Position numbers and translations under genes: made by a program. A stretch of 59,348 nt of DNA, counting the filler, from Platydemus manokwari (taxonomy: Eukaryota), in assembly GCA_037951405.1 (NCBI GenBank). It is 6 parts of 6 records of this genome, joined end to end, with 100 filler letters (N's around TTAATTAATTAA, not from the genome) between each part and the next. Parts side by side here need not be neighbours in the genome. Positions count along the whole stretch, not along the records: positions 39,236 to 49,385 come from JBBMOY011163324.1; positions 49,486 to 59,348 come from JBBMOY011195765.1; 4 more parts are not named here. One strand, written 5' to 3'. This document shows positions 39,260 to 50,269 of this stretch, piece by piece (within the stretch, counting starts at the first letter, position 1; each line of letters opens with the position of its first letter). The notes below the pieces were generated by a model. That model had not been told where the DNA came from. It was given only the letters and a program-made list of their open reading frames with translations, and did no database searches.

Positions 39260-42200
39260 CACAAAGAAATTTAGGTAAAAATTTGAAATTTAACCAAACC
39301 TTGTTAATACATTATTATAATATTACAAATATTTTATTATTTATTTAAAAAGAATTATATTTTTAATTATTATTTAAAAATATTTATCTAGACTCATCAA
39401 TTAATTATTAAAGTTCCTTTCATGTCCTTGTACAGGGGATTAAATATCAAAAAAATAACTGATAGAAACAATTATAAAATAAATTAAAAAATATTTTAGA
39501 ACAATACTAATTTATCACAAAGTTATAGTCATATTATATTTTCCATTTTGGAAGGCACAATATGTTCTGGGTTTCATTCCAGCAAGGAAACCTCAATGTT
39601 TCATGACCAGTATCTTGTTATAGAAAAACATGAATTAATATTGAATCATAGAGTGAATAATTACCAATTTACCTACAATTCTTCCTCTTCCCACTGCAAT
39701 GAGAAACATTATTAATCTTTTAGCTCAATATTTAGGAAAAAGAGAATGAGTAGTATTTTAGTTGCATTTCAAAATCATAGAGGTAACAAGGTATTTATAG
39801 TCATCAAGAATTCGATATAAATTTTTATTATGGATAATTTCAATATTATTTTTAGCAATTTTTCGATATCATTAAATAAGTAGAACACTGGCTGCATTTA
39901 ATTGAGTTCATTAATGACGTCGTACTAACTGCGCTAAAACCAAGAGAAGTTTAAAAACAAAATAAATAATTATATGAATAATAATGACAATAATTAGATA
40001 ATAATAATAATATTATTATAATAAGAGCGATAAAACCATGATTCAGTGAATCTCGTCGATCTTATCAGATCATCCGGTCATTTAAATGAAGTCAAAGATT
40101 GCAGTTCCCATACCCCGCCACAAGCTATTTGTTTTGCTGCTTGTGTCAACACAGGATACGAGTGTTTTCAATATTTCTTTCATTTGTTGAGAAAAGAACA
40201 GTTCACAATTATTTGTTCATCGTTATGAGCAAAAATTGTTGCCATAGCAATTTAGTGTGTGAAGTAAAACGGCTAAAGGAAATAATGAAGCAAATATTAA
40301 AAAGAATTAAAAAAAAACGGATAACATTTATTTTCCTCTTATAAAATCTAAACAAATATATTTTCTTGTCCGCAATCGTTGTATTGCTCGAATGGAAACT
40401 TGTTCGAGTGATATATTTGACGACGTTCCCTGATGGAAGGATAAGTTATTTAAAATGGTTTTTTTTATTGCAGATGTTAAATAAACCAAGGATCACGATG
40501 GATAAATAAAAAATCGACGACATTACAAAATCAGTTTTAAATTTATTTTAATAAATCATTGTTATCACATTCTTGATATCTCGTATAAAAGGATTTCCTC
40601 ACAAAATATGAAATTATCCACTTTTCGTGTTGATTTTCGTTAATTTAATTTTCCACCAATATTGATTCGATCTATATCTGCACGGTTTTATTTATTTATT
40701 TTTATCTTTTTACTATTTATTATTCAATTCATTTTGAGGAATGAATAAATCATTGTTAAATGAACCGCTTTTTTAAAATTTTAAAATTGGAAGATTTTAA
40801 AACTCTATCGATTTATATTTTAATTTCCTTTACAAAAATCAGGCTGAGATAATTAAATTTTATTCTAAAAAAAATGTCTCTTTTGTGTAAGTAATTATTA
40901 ACACATGGATAAATTGTGTTTTCAATTATTTTTCATGTTGTGATGTCGTTTAAATCTCGATTGTATTTGAGATGTATTTACTGATCACGATCAAAAGATG
41001 CAATTACAGCTATTTATCTGCAAATAGGCGGTAACAGAAAATAAAGTTGAGAGACGTTACGAAGGATTCGAATCCACTAGTTGGTTAATCATGACTTGGT
41101 GGATTTGCTGTGCGATTGGATATAGATGACTAAAATGGAAAATCCCTCTTATCTGCTTTTTTCTGTTCGGTTCAATCACCAAATTCTCATACTATTTTTA
41201 TGTACTTGATATTGTTGAAGTAGGAATTATAAGAACTTACTTATCGAACCAGTTATATTTCTAACAGATACCATACCATTTCTACTCATGAATATCGAAA
41301 GGTACTTCAAACTCACGATTTAAAATTCTCTAATTATAAGATTTGAACAAAGAACTCTTTCATTCACGCTAACTGACATTTATCACTTTCCATCAAGCAC
41401 ATGTTGTAATTAGGCCTTGGTTCAAGCAAATTAAATCTTATTCCTTTATTGTTAAGTTATACAACTATTTTAAGTGAATAATATAAAAGATAAAAAGATA
41501 AAAGATAAAAAGGTTGGTTATACTAATTTGACCAAAAGCTTTTCATTGTTTTTGATCTTTCTTAGGACATGAAATGAATATTCCAATATTATATTTGTTT
41601 AAGCAATCCTAAAATCAACTTTAATTTATTCTACAGAAACATATCACTCTCAAGAGAAATGTACTTTTAACTATTCTAAGGACGTAATTAGGTTTGTTTT
41701 AAAATGTAAAAATATTAAGTCGTTAAAGAAATGTATTCAGATCCTTATTACATAATTTTAGGTTACCGTGACGAACAAAAGAGTTAACTCTAAAAAAATA
41801 GTTAAAAATTAGATAATAATCGAATGATGATTAATATCTGGATTAAGATTATTCTCGTTATCTTTTACAACCATTGTTCGCAATAGGATAAAGAAACTGT
41901 TAGTGTAATTCACGAATATAAAGTATTTCCTAAAATAAAATTATGTTCTTAAGAGGTATGTGTTCCTATTAAAGCAAAGTGTAATTCCAACAAGTGCCAG
42001 CAGTATAAGGCACAATAAAGTGATAATAAAGAAAATACGGCAGCCACAGTGGCAAATGAGAACTCAGTAAAGTGTAAGCGGGTTCTAATCTTTTAGTGAG
42101 TAAAATTTATGTGACATAGATTACTAGAAATAACTTCTAAACCGGTCTATCAGTGTAGGGCCTGCTGGAACAGTTAATGAATTTAACCGTTATTAAAAAT

Positions 42201-42486
42201 TACCATTATTATATTAAGACAAATATTTCATAATTACGTGCCATGACTTAGAAATATTTTCCCCCCAGAAGTGTTTTGATAGCAATATATACAAGCATTA
42301 TTATAATAAAAATCGAATATAATCACATTGTTAATAAATAATATCCGAAATCATCACAACTTCAAAGCTCCATTGTCAATATAAGTTCATAAAAAATAAA
42401 TTTATTTTAAGATATAATGTTTTCTTGAATTTATCACAAATATTTAGTCGAACGACAAGCAAATACACATTTTCTTTTTATCTATA

Positions 42487-42816
42487 TCAGATAATTGATA
42501 ATTTACTAAAACCGGTGTCCGAATTGTAAAATCCATTACATTTCCTCTGTAAAAACATATGGATCTCATGGAAATTTGGTCGATAATCTTCAATTGGATG
42601 CCAACATTCTCGAATCATATCGTAAATTTCTTTGGGACAGTTTTTCGGACGAGTTAAATAATGAAATTGAGAATTTTGAGCTAATAAAACATTGTACAGA
42701 TTTTCCATGACTTGACTGTTGGACCAATAGAAATATGGTTGTTGGTTACAATGAGTGAGGACTTCCCACAACGTCACACCGAATGCCCATACGTCTGCTT
42801 TCGTGGAAAACTTTCC
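42487..42816 (-). CDS. Terminal exon of a discoidin domain receptor tyrosine kinase
   Basis: Acceptor ttttctttcatcag, then GKFSTKADVWAFGVTLWEVLTHCNQQPY...QVMEN...YLTRPKNCPKEIYDMIRECW...RPNFHEIHMFLQRK. The CxxQPY, insert and EIHxFLQRK features are DDR-type. AATAAA at 42406-42401. Confidence 0.88.
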   Translation of the reverse strand, partial: GKFSTKADVWAFGVTLWEVLTHCNQQPYFYWSNSQVMENLYNVLLAQNSQFHYLTRPKNCPKEIYDMIRECWHPIEDYRPNFHEIHMFLQRKCNGFYNSDTGFSKLSII

Positions 42817-44149
42817 CTGATGAAAGAAAACAATTTTTTTATTCGATTTCTAATCACCAATAAATCTTTTAAACATTAATGATATGAGAATGTTGTCATA
42901 AACCATAGAGTTAAACTATAAATTTACAGCAATTAAATGATTTCGTTAAATATTGTCTATGAAAACTCTGTAAAATTTTGTAGATACTTTATGATAAAAT
43001 TTTTTGAAAAGCTTTAATTTACGATTTTAACAAAAACGGATGAAATCAATTTTTTTTGATAAATCAACGAAGATAAGAATTAAAACAATATCCGATGTTC
43101 ATAAGAACAAGAAAACTTATTCAATTTATTGGAAATACAAAAGACTAATTACAATACGAAAATCGACTACTGTTTTCAGAAAAATAATTCAATTCGATAT
43201 TGGGTATTATGCTAATGATTTCCTCCATAGGTAGTTGTAGTGCAGAACAATGCAAGCGCAGTACAACAGTTGTTAGGAATTTTTTTTTACAAAAAACATT
43301 TATAGATGTCAAAATTTTCATAAGAGGTTTTATCATTTAAACAATAGAATAATTGTATATTGAAATGAAATAAAAAATAATGTCTGTTACAGAATCTATC
43401 GTACCACTCTTCCAATTCTCCAATTATTCGTTAATAGCTGTTGTGATAAAATGAGAATTGAAAAAAAAACACTTTAAGTTGTTTTGTTTTCGAAATATTA
43501 TCGAAAAGGTTTTTATTATCAGAATTTTATTTATTTTTTTTCATATTTACGACATCAATTAAATCTAGCTAAGCGATTTCATTCCTTTCCTTTCAGCGTT
43601 CGACTACTCCATTCTATTATTTAATTTAATAAAAATAGTGTTTTTGTTTTGATAAAGTCATTTTATATCTTTAATTATCATAGGAGAAATTTTTCTCATT
43701 TGGTTAATTGAGATTTTGTGAATTGAAATTATTTTTTCGAACCAATATCAATTCCATGTGCCTATTTTCATTAAGTGTTATTGTTTATCCATTAATGTTG
43801 TGCAAAACAACTTATAAATGTTGGAATAATTGGAAAGCTTATTCTCAAATTCTTATAATTGTAGGTGGTTGAGAAAAGAGTTGAGAAAAGATTTAACAAT
43901 AGTCTATTTTAATATTGGTCTTCACTGAAGATGAAATTTTTGATTGAATCAATGCTTATTTGACAATGGTCTTTCAATTAATTAAAATTATTTTTTTGAC
44001 CAATATATGAATTAATTAGTAATATTTATTAACAAAATTGGATTACAGCCTGCCAATCTTTCATCCACTCTACACTCCCAATTTTTTCTAATTTTTTAAA
44101 AATAATTTTACACAAATATATATTTACTTCCAAATTATTTGTTTTCAAT

Positions 44150-44269
44150 GTCATTAAAATTTAAAATTTAATTATATATAATGCTACAAAAATCTATTCG
44201 ATTTATCGACAAATACTAAAATATCTTGGAGATCATTTAATCTCCATTGACAAACATATTATTTTTCAG
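44150..44269 (+). pseudogene. Apparently decayed upstream FANCD2 exon
   Basis: NATKIYSIYRQILKYLGDHLISIDKHIIFQ|gt resembles the FANCD2 segment expected at this position. However, there is an in-frame TAA at 44162, no nearby AG acceptor, and the donor phase (0) does not fit the next exon (1). Confidence 0.4.
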
Positions 44270-45219
44270 GTATAACATTTATGCCTTTTTTAATGGATAA
44301 TAATTTATCATTAAAAATGTTATTGGTAGATACCTCGTTCAAAGTTGGTGATTCGTTAAAAGTATTCATTTAGATGGTTTTCGCAATTTTCTTTTCATTG
44401 CACATTAAAAATTTTGAAAAAAATGATATCTTTTCCAGAGAGTTTCTTTAATTTCTAATCTTAATCAGGTATATCAATATTAGGCTTGACCTACTTTCGT
44501 TATAATGGATTTTCGCGCATGAGATAATTTTATAACTTAATTTTATGCATAACTGTTATTTTTAATTTATTCGTATAATTCAGTTAATATCTCATTTTTT
44601 AAGATGTCTAATAGTGACAAAACATAGTTTTAAAACCAAATTCTCATTCTAATCACAACACTTCTATATCATTATTTGAGTTTTTAAATATCAATTTTTT
44701 TACTAATAAATTGAGTTAGTTAATTACAGACCTGTTTAATAATATCATTGGTTATTTTATAAAATAATTGTAAAAATTTAGAGTTTTTCTCAATTTGTTT
44801 CTAATGTTAAAAAAGGGGCCCTCGATAATTTTAATAAACTTCAATTCGATCCCTTTTTCAAATAATCAATTTTTAGGAAGTTTTAAAAAGCTAGTATGTT
44901 TAATATTTGATTTCAAACAACTAAAATTCTTCTTAAGTACTTAAATAAAAAATTCAAAATATTTTTCAAGAAAATAATTCAATAAACTATACAGATTTTT
45001 GCTATACACACAACAAATAAAAAATTATATTTTAGGACCCCTTTTCTTAATTTTAGCCGTATTTTGTATTCGATTATTTCTGAAAATGATAAAGATCGAT
45101 TAATTTAGATTATTAATTAATTCTGGCGATTATATGTATAGCATATCATATGATAGAGAAAAGAATCATTTGCTAATATTTTGCAATCCAGTGTTCCAAA
45201 AATTAAACCAAATTTCTAG

Positions 45220-48199
45220 ATATAATCGATGATATCGAAGATCCCTGCTTTCGCTCAATGGATATTTTGCTTAAAATTCTGGGGAAAATTTTCCATTTTT
45301 TGAAAACCCATGATTATGATGAAATGGTAGAAGCTCTTTTGAACGATTTGGCTCCAGGTAGGCTCTAACAGTGAATGGAAATTTTTATCAGAAAAATTTT
45401 CTTTTAAAGATATTTCGCTCTCATTGATGGCTCATCTATTGAGCATCAAGGACAAAATACCTAGCATTTCTATTGCTGCATCTTATTGTGAATTGGTTTC
45501 TGAACTGATAACTGTATCACCAAAGGAAAATCACAATATTACATTGACGGAATTAACTTTGAAATTTCTCGGAACAAATTGGAATAAGACCAACATCGGT
45601 AAGTTTAAATTATAATTCGATTTCACCAACAATTGTGAGTTTTACTAATGAATGATTATCAACCAATAACATTATTTCGATAATGATATTAATGATATCT
45701 TTGTTGGAATTGTTTAACTCTTCACTGGCTTATTAAGAATGTGTGAGGACAATTTGTGTAAAATTTTATTACAGCTTGGAATGCACTCATTAATCAATAC
45801 ACACATTGATATATTTTTATGAAACATTGAATATATCTACTTATTTATTATGTCAGTAGTATGGGTTAACATAAACTTTATATGGATAAATGCGTTTTTA
45901 ATAGATTGGGATAAATCGGATATTTATGCAATGGTTTTTAAACGCTTATAAATCACGTATTTCACATTGTTTACGCGTAATAATTTATTTTACAATTTAT
46001 TAACAAAAACGATAATGCGATCTTTAAAACTAGTGGTTCTTCACCTTTCGTAAGAAAAACTGGATCTTATTATTATTTTTTGAATTTCAGCCAATTATAT
46101 GCTTCGTTGGCATGATTGGTCAGTTTGATATTTGTGAATTTTTATTACTAATTTGATTGTACCACTGCAAATTTTAATGATATAATTGATTATTTATATA
46201 TGGATAATTAAAATAAATATTGATTCGCATCACTCTGAATTTTAATCCCTTATTCTAATAAATATACAGACTATTATAAGCAGTTTATTGAATTTATTAT
46301 ATTTTTCCCACTTATTAACTCATTTGTTATCGATTTCAGGGTTTTTATTATTGATTATGAATTCTTAATCAAAATTATTAGATAATTGTATTGTTTTCAT
46401 ATGTATGAAAATAGCTATAATTGTATTGATAAAAACCTGATTGACTTGAATGCCATTTGAGTATAATTTCAATAATGGGGAATATATTGACATAAAATCA
46501 CAATTGGTCCTGATAAGCTAGCAATAAGTTTGAATGGAATTAATTAAATTGTGAAATAGTGGATTTGAAATCATAATCGATACTGCTGAATAGAGAGGAC
46601 TGCGTAATCGGTTTATTAATTGGTTGTTAGAATTATCAGTGGTATTTTCAATAGGTAACAGTTTATCAGAAAACAAACTTTGATAATAATTTAATTGCGG
46701 TGGGTGATTAATAATTATATCATTCAGCCAACTATAAATTCGCGACAACAAAGATTTTTGAAATTCATCTTTCCAGCTTGTCGGAACAATGGTTTGAAGT
46801 GATTTCCGATTCCATTTTACCGGAAATGCACAAAATAGCTTCCAAAGATGATAACGATTTTGATTTACAACCTTCTTATAAATGTCTTGACAAAATTACT
46901 ATGCTCGGTGTGTTTAAGCAGCTTTCGGAATTTCTTTTGAAGTATATTCGATTCGTGTGATCGATTTTTGTGATATTTGAGTTATTAGGAAGTGTAAATG
47001 TCTAACAAAAGTGAACAACAGTCAAAAAAATACATTGGAAATGTTGGAATCTTGGGAGAGGATAGTTTCTATTCTTAAAATATTTACCAAAGTCATAGCG
47101 GATGACAAGGAATCATATATGATTCTGTGTTTTATAAAATTTAGTAAAGAATTTGTCAAGCTGGTTATCAAGAACTTGATGCCGATTTTGGATAACATGC
47201 TTCGGTAATTTGAATACTGTAAGGTCGAACACTATTAAAGCGAGATGAATATTAAAACTTTATATATTACTTCAAATTATAAATATTAGAGTTATAATTT
47301 CGAAGAACATTATTTGTTTGGGTAAGTTGTGAGGTCCTTTCAATTAATTAAATGTGTCTTATCAATAATTATGAATAGTCCCTTTATTTTCTCTAAAATT
47401 ATGTATACGGCAACATAGGGAGCGATCTTTCAGAATATCATCATCATCGTAATTATATTTTCACCTCTTATAATTTGATATCAAATGTAATCAATAAAAT
47501 TTGGCCGAATTCCCCCATTGAGTGAAATAATTGCGAACTCTAGGAATGTTAAAAGTATTAAGATTTATTAAACATAAACGTAACAGTCTTCACGAAGGGG
47601 TCCCACAAGTCCTCACTTTGGCTTTTAAATTGAATTACTAAGATTGATATGTCTGACATTCTGATTCGAGATTTCTTCATTTGAAAACTTCTCATTCGCT
47701 TTGCAAATTTACCGAGTAGCTCTGTTATACACTTATTTTCCGCAATGAAAGTTTTTGACCCTATTTAATGTAAAATTCTGTTAATAAAATTTATAGCCAT
47801 GAAAACGAGCAAGTGTACCAGTTGCTATTGAGAATCCAGTCAGTTACTAGATTCGTTCAGAGATTGTGTGATCATTGTAAAAGTAAAAATAATCTCGCAT
47901 CAGCGTCGCTGGTGCCACAAGTCAGACGATATTTAGAAATATTTATGTTTAGAGTGAAGGTGATAAATCAATAAATATGTTTTATCTCTATGGTTTAAGT
48001 CTTTTAGAAAATGATGTGTGTCAATAAGTGTTCGGAAGGCTCCATTGACATTTTACTTCTGGTCAACAAAGATTTACACGGTCAGCGTGTGCCTGAGTCT
48101 CACGAATCGGACAATGGTGACGATGTGAGTACTGAAATTAGTGCGGAAGTCGATGCATTTAGTGAGGATTTAGAAAATGAATCTCTCTCCGATAATTAG
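45220..48199 (+). CDS. FANCD2: Fanconi anemia group D2 protein, C-terminal ~380 aa, 6 exons
   Basis: Exons 45220-45357, 45392(or 45410)-45598, 46728-46956, 46989-47204, 47797-47959 and 48008-48199 splice in frame. Matches the FANCD2 C-terminus: KFSKEFVKLVIKNLMPILDNMLR, IQSVTRFVQRLCDHCK, VPQVRRYLEIFMFRVKKMMCVNKC, LVNKDLHG and an acidic tail. Confidence 0.85.
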
Positions 48200-48349
48200 A
48201 ATTAGATATGATATGTCATTATAGGACTGAATTCTGTGTTGTCAATATATTTTGTAATTCATGTCATTTTAATTATTTTTCAAAACAAAATTTCAAGTTT
48301 TTATAATTTTCAGTGTAACAGGAATTTGTACCGTATTTTAATTAATTAA

Positions 48350-48628
48350 CACGTCGACGGACACTTGCGTCTATAACCGTCAAATCGAAGTTCACTATGT
48401 GGCATGACGGCAATAGCCGTCTTAAACGAAACGGTCTTTTTCGGCCAATGCTGCTATAGCGATACAAATGCGCATTTACGGGTATACAAGTAGAAGACTA
48501 GTGTCATGTTTTGGAAACAATTCTTTCGGTTGACTTTTGTTTTCCACCTATTACACGACTTGCAACTTAAGTACGCACATATAGTGTTAAATTTCAAACT
48601 TCATTTGTTCCTACTGTCCGTCAATGTG
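48350..48628. mobile_element. piggyBac-type MITE, 279 bp
   Basis: TTAA on both sides, with inverted ends CACGTCGACGGACA / TGTCCGTCAATGTG (12 of 14 match). Confidence 0.8.
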
Positions 48629-49181
48629 TTAATAAAATTTAAACAAAGTTCTTGTGCTCAGAAATAAACCAATAAGAATCAATTATTAAGTTAATCGATT
48701 GTGTTGTTTTGCTTCTGTGATATGAATGTGTGTTATACTGGTGATGAATGACGGGTGTTTAAAATTTTCCTGTTGTTATGTTGCGACAAAATTATTTGGT
48801 AATTGTGAAAAAAAATGACTTTTTCGCTCTTGAATATGGGGGGTATTTTTGATGTTAATGATAATTTATTTTTAATATAGCTTGCATTAAATCAATTAAT
48901 ATTGATGCAAAAACTTTCTTGTTTAACAATTTCGGTTCCAGAGTTAATGTTTATTAAGGAAGATAATCAAAGTGAAAATTTGACGACACATAATTTCTTT
49001 GAATTAACAAAAATAGTAATTTATAAATTAATTAGAAATGTTGATGGTCTTATTTATTATATTCTTTAGTAAAATAGCACATTTATTATATAAATCAATA
49101 AATTGAAAAAGTAATTCAAAAATTCATTTAATCAAAAAATAATCAAAGATCGCCAGCAATCTTTGAATCAAATTTTCTCAT

Positions 49182-49385
49182 TTAAAATCGATTCGTTGAT
49201 CCGATCATACACATATCTTCTCGTTCAGTATGTGTTTCTTTACAATATCGTTGAAATGGTCTACTTTCTCGTCTCGTTACTTCTAATCGAAGTCTTTCCT
49301 CTAATTTCCTAATTTCCCAACTCACATTCAATCGTTCAGTCAAGAAAGGAGTGACTTCATCTTCACTTCTCTTCAGATCTCTCAA
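49182..49385 (-). mobile_element. Probable retroelement ORF fragment at contig end
   Basis: Purine-rich open frame running into the gap. No DDR or other host-gene similarity seen; family not identified. Confidence 0.3.
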
Positions 49386-49485
49386 NNNNNNNNNNNNNNN
49401 NNNNNNNNNNNNNNNNNNNNNNNNNNNNNTTAATTAATTAANNNNNNNNNNNNNNNNNNNNNNNNNNNNNNNNNNNNNNNNNNNN
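49386..49485. other. Artificial contig-join spacer
   Basis: 44 N + TTAATTAATTAA + 44 N. Confidence 0.97.
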
Positions 49486-50269
49486 TATAAAGAATATTCT
49501 TTTAGGAGATTAACATTACCGGAAGACTTATTTTACAATCTAAAAGTGAAAATATTTTGCTGGTCCCTTTCATTTATAATGTTGCAATATATGATTAAAT
49601 TTCTGTCAGTATTTTCTGTCACTTGGCTTATAATTTGGTTTACTGTTTCAGAATCATGTTTTGGCTTGCCTTATTTTGAATTGCTAAAGAGATGTATATA
49701 TTCTAAATATGTAATGTTTCATCGCATTGTATGTAATCACTGGTAGCCGCCACTATTTTAAAAACCACACATTAAAGACAACTGAAAAGTCAAGACACAA
49801 TCAATCAATTTTGAATCCAAATATTTAAACAAAGAATTCTAATTTTACATTAATTTAATTGGAATAAAATTAGAATTAAAATTGTTTTGAATTAAATTGA
49901 AATTTAATTCATAATAAATATCTCCCAATCGCCATGGAATCTGATATCATATTTGTATTGAATAAGCATTATCATCAAATAAAAGCTCAAACACTTTGAC
50001 AAAACAATATTTATAATGGTGCTGAAACATAACCATGCAAAAGATATTTGTTAAACAATTTTATAATTAATGTTTTACGCTTTTCTCAATTGTTGGATTC
50101 TAAGATTGGAAAACACATTAAAAATGCTTAACGAACAAAACCAGCATTCACAAAAGTACATTTATTAATGAGAAATCATTTGGAATATTTATTTCCATTC
50201 AAAAATAGAATACTCGTCAATAATTTTGTCAATAATACCACACAATAATTCCAATCAATACCACTCCTA

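Noticed and set aside
32729-40344. Many 60-86 aa ORFs in the ORF track
   Set aside because: Low-complexity I/F/K/N/L composition, often non-ATG starts, no motifs and no consistent splice sites; expected by chance.
41060-41085. tRNA B-box-like GGATTCGAATCC
   Set aside because: No A-box or cloverleaf could be built; at most a SINE remnant.
44807-45050. Inverted repeat AAAAGGGGCCCT / AGGACCCCTTTT with TTAA flanks
   Set aside because: Short and imperfect; possibly a MITE, but not supportable from a single copy.
46518-46751. 77-aa minus-strand ORF as a DDR exon
   Set aside because: No kinase motifs; it is antisense to FANCD2 intron and exon sequence.
45220-48199. FANCI as the identity of the helical-repeat gene
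   Set aside because: The C-terminal motifs (MPxLD, TRxxxxLCxHxK, RVK, NxDLxG plus an acidic tail) match FANCD2.
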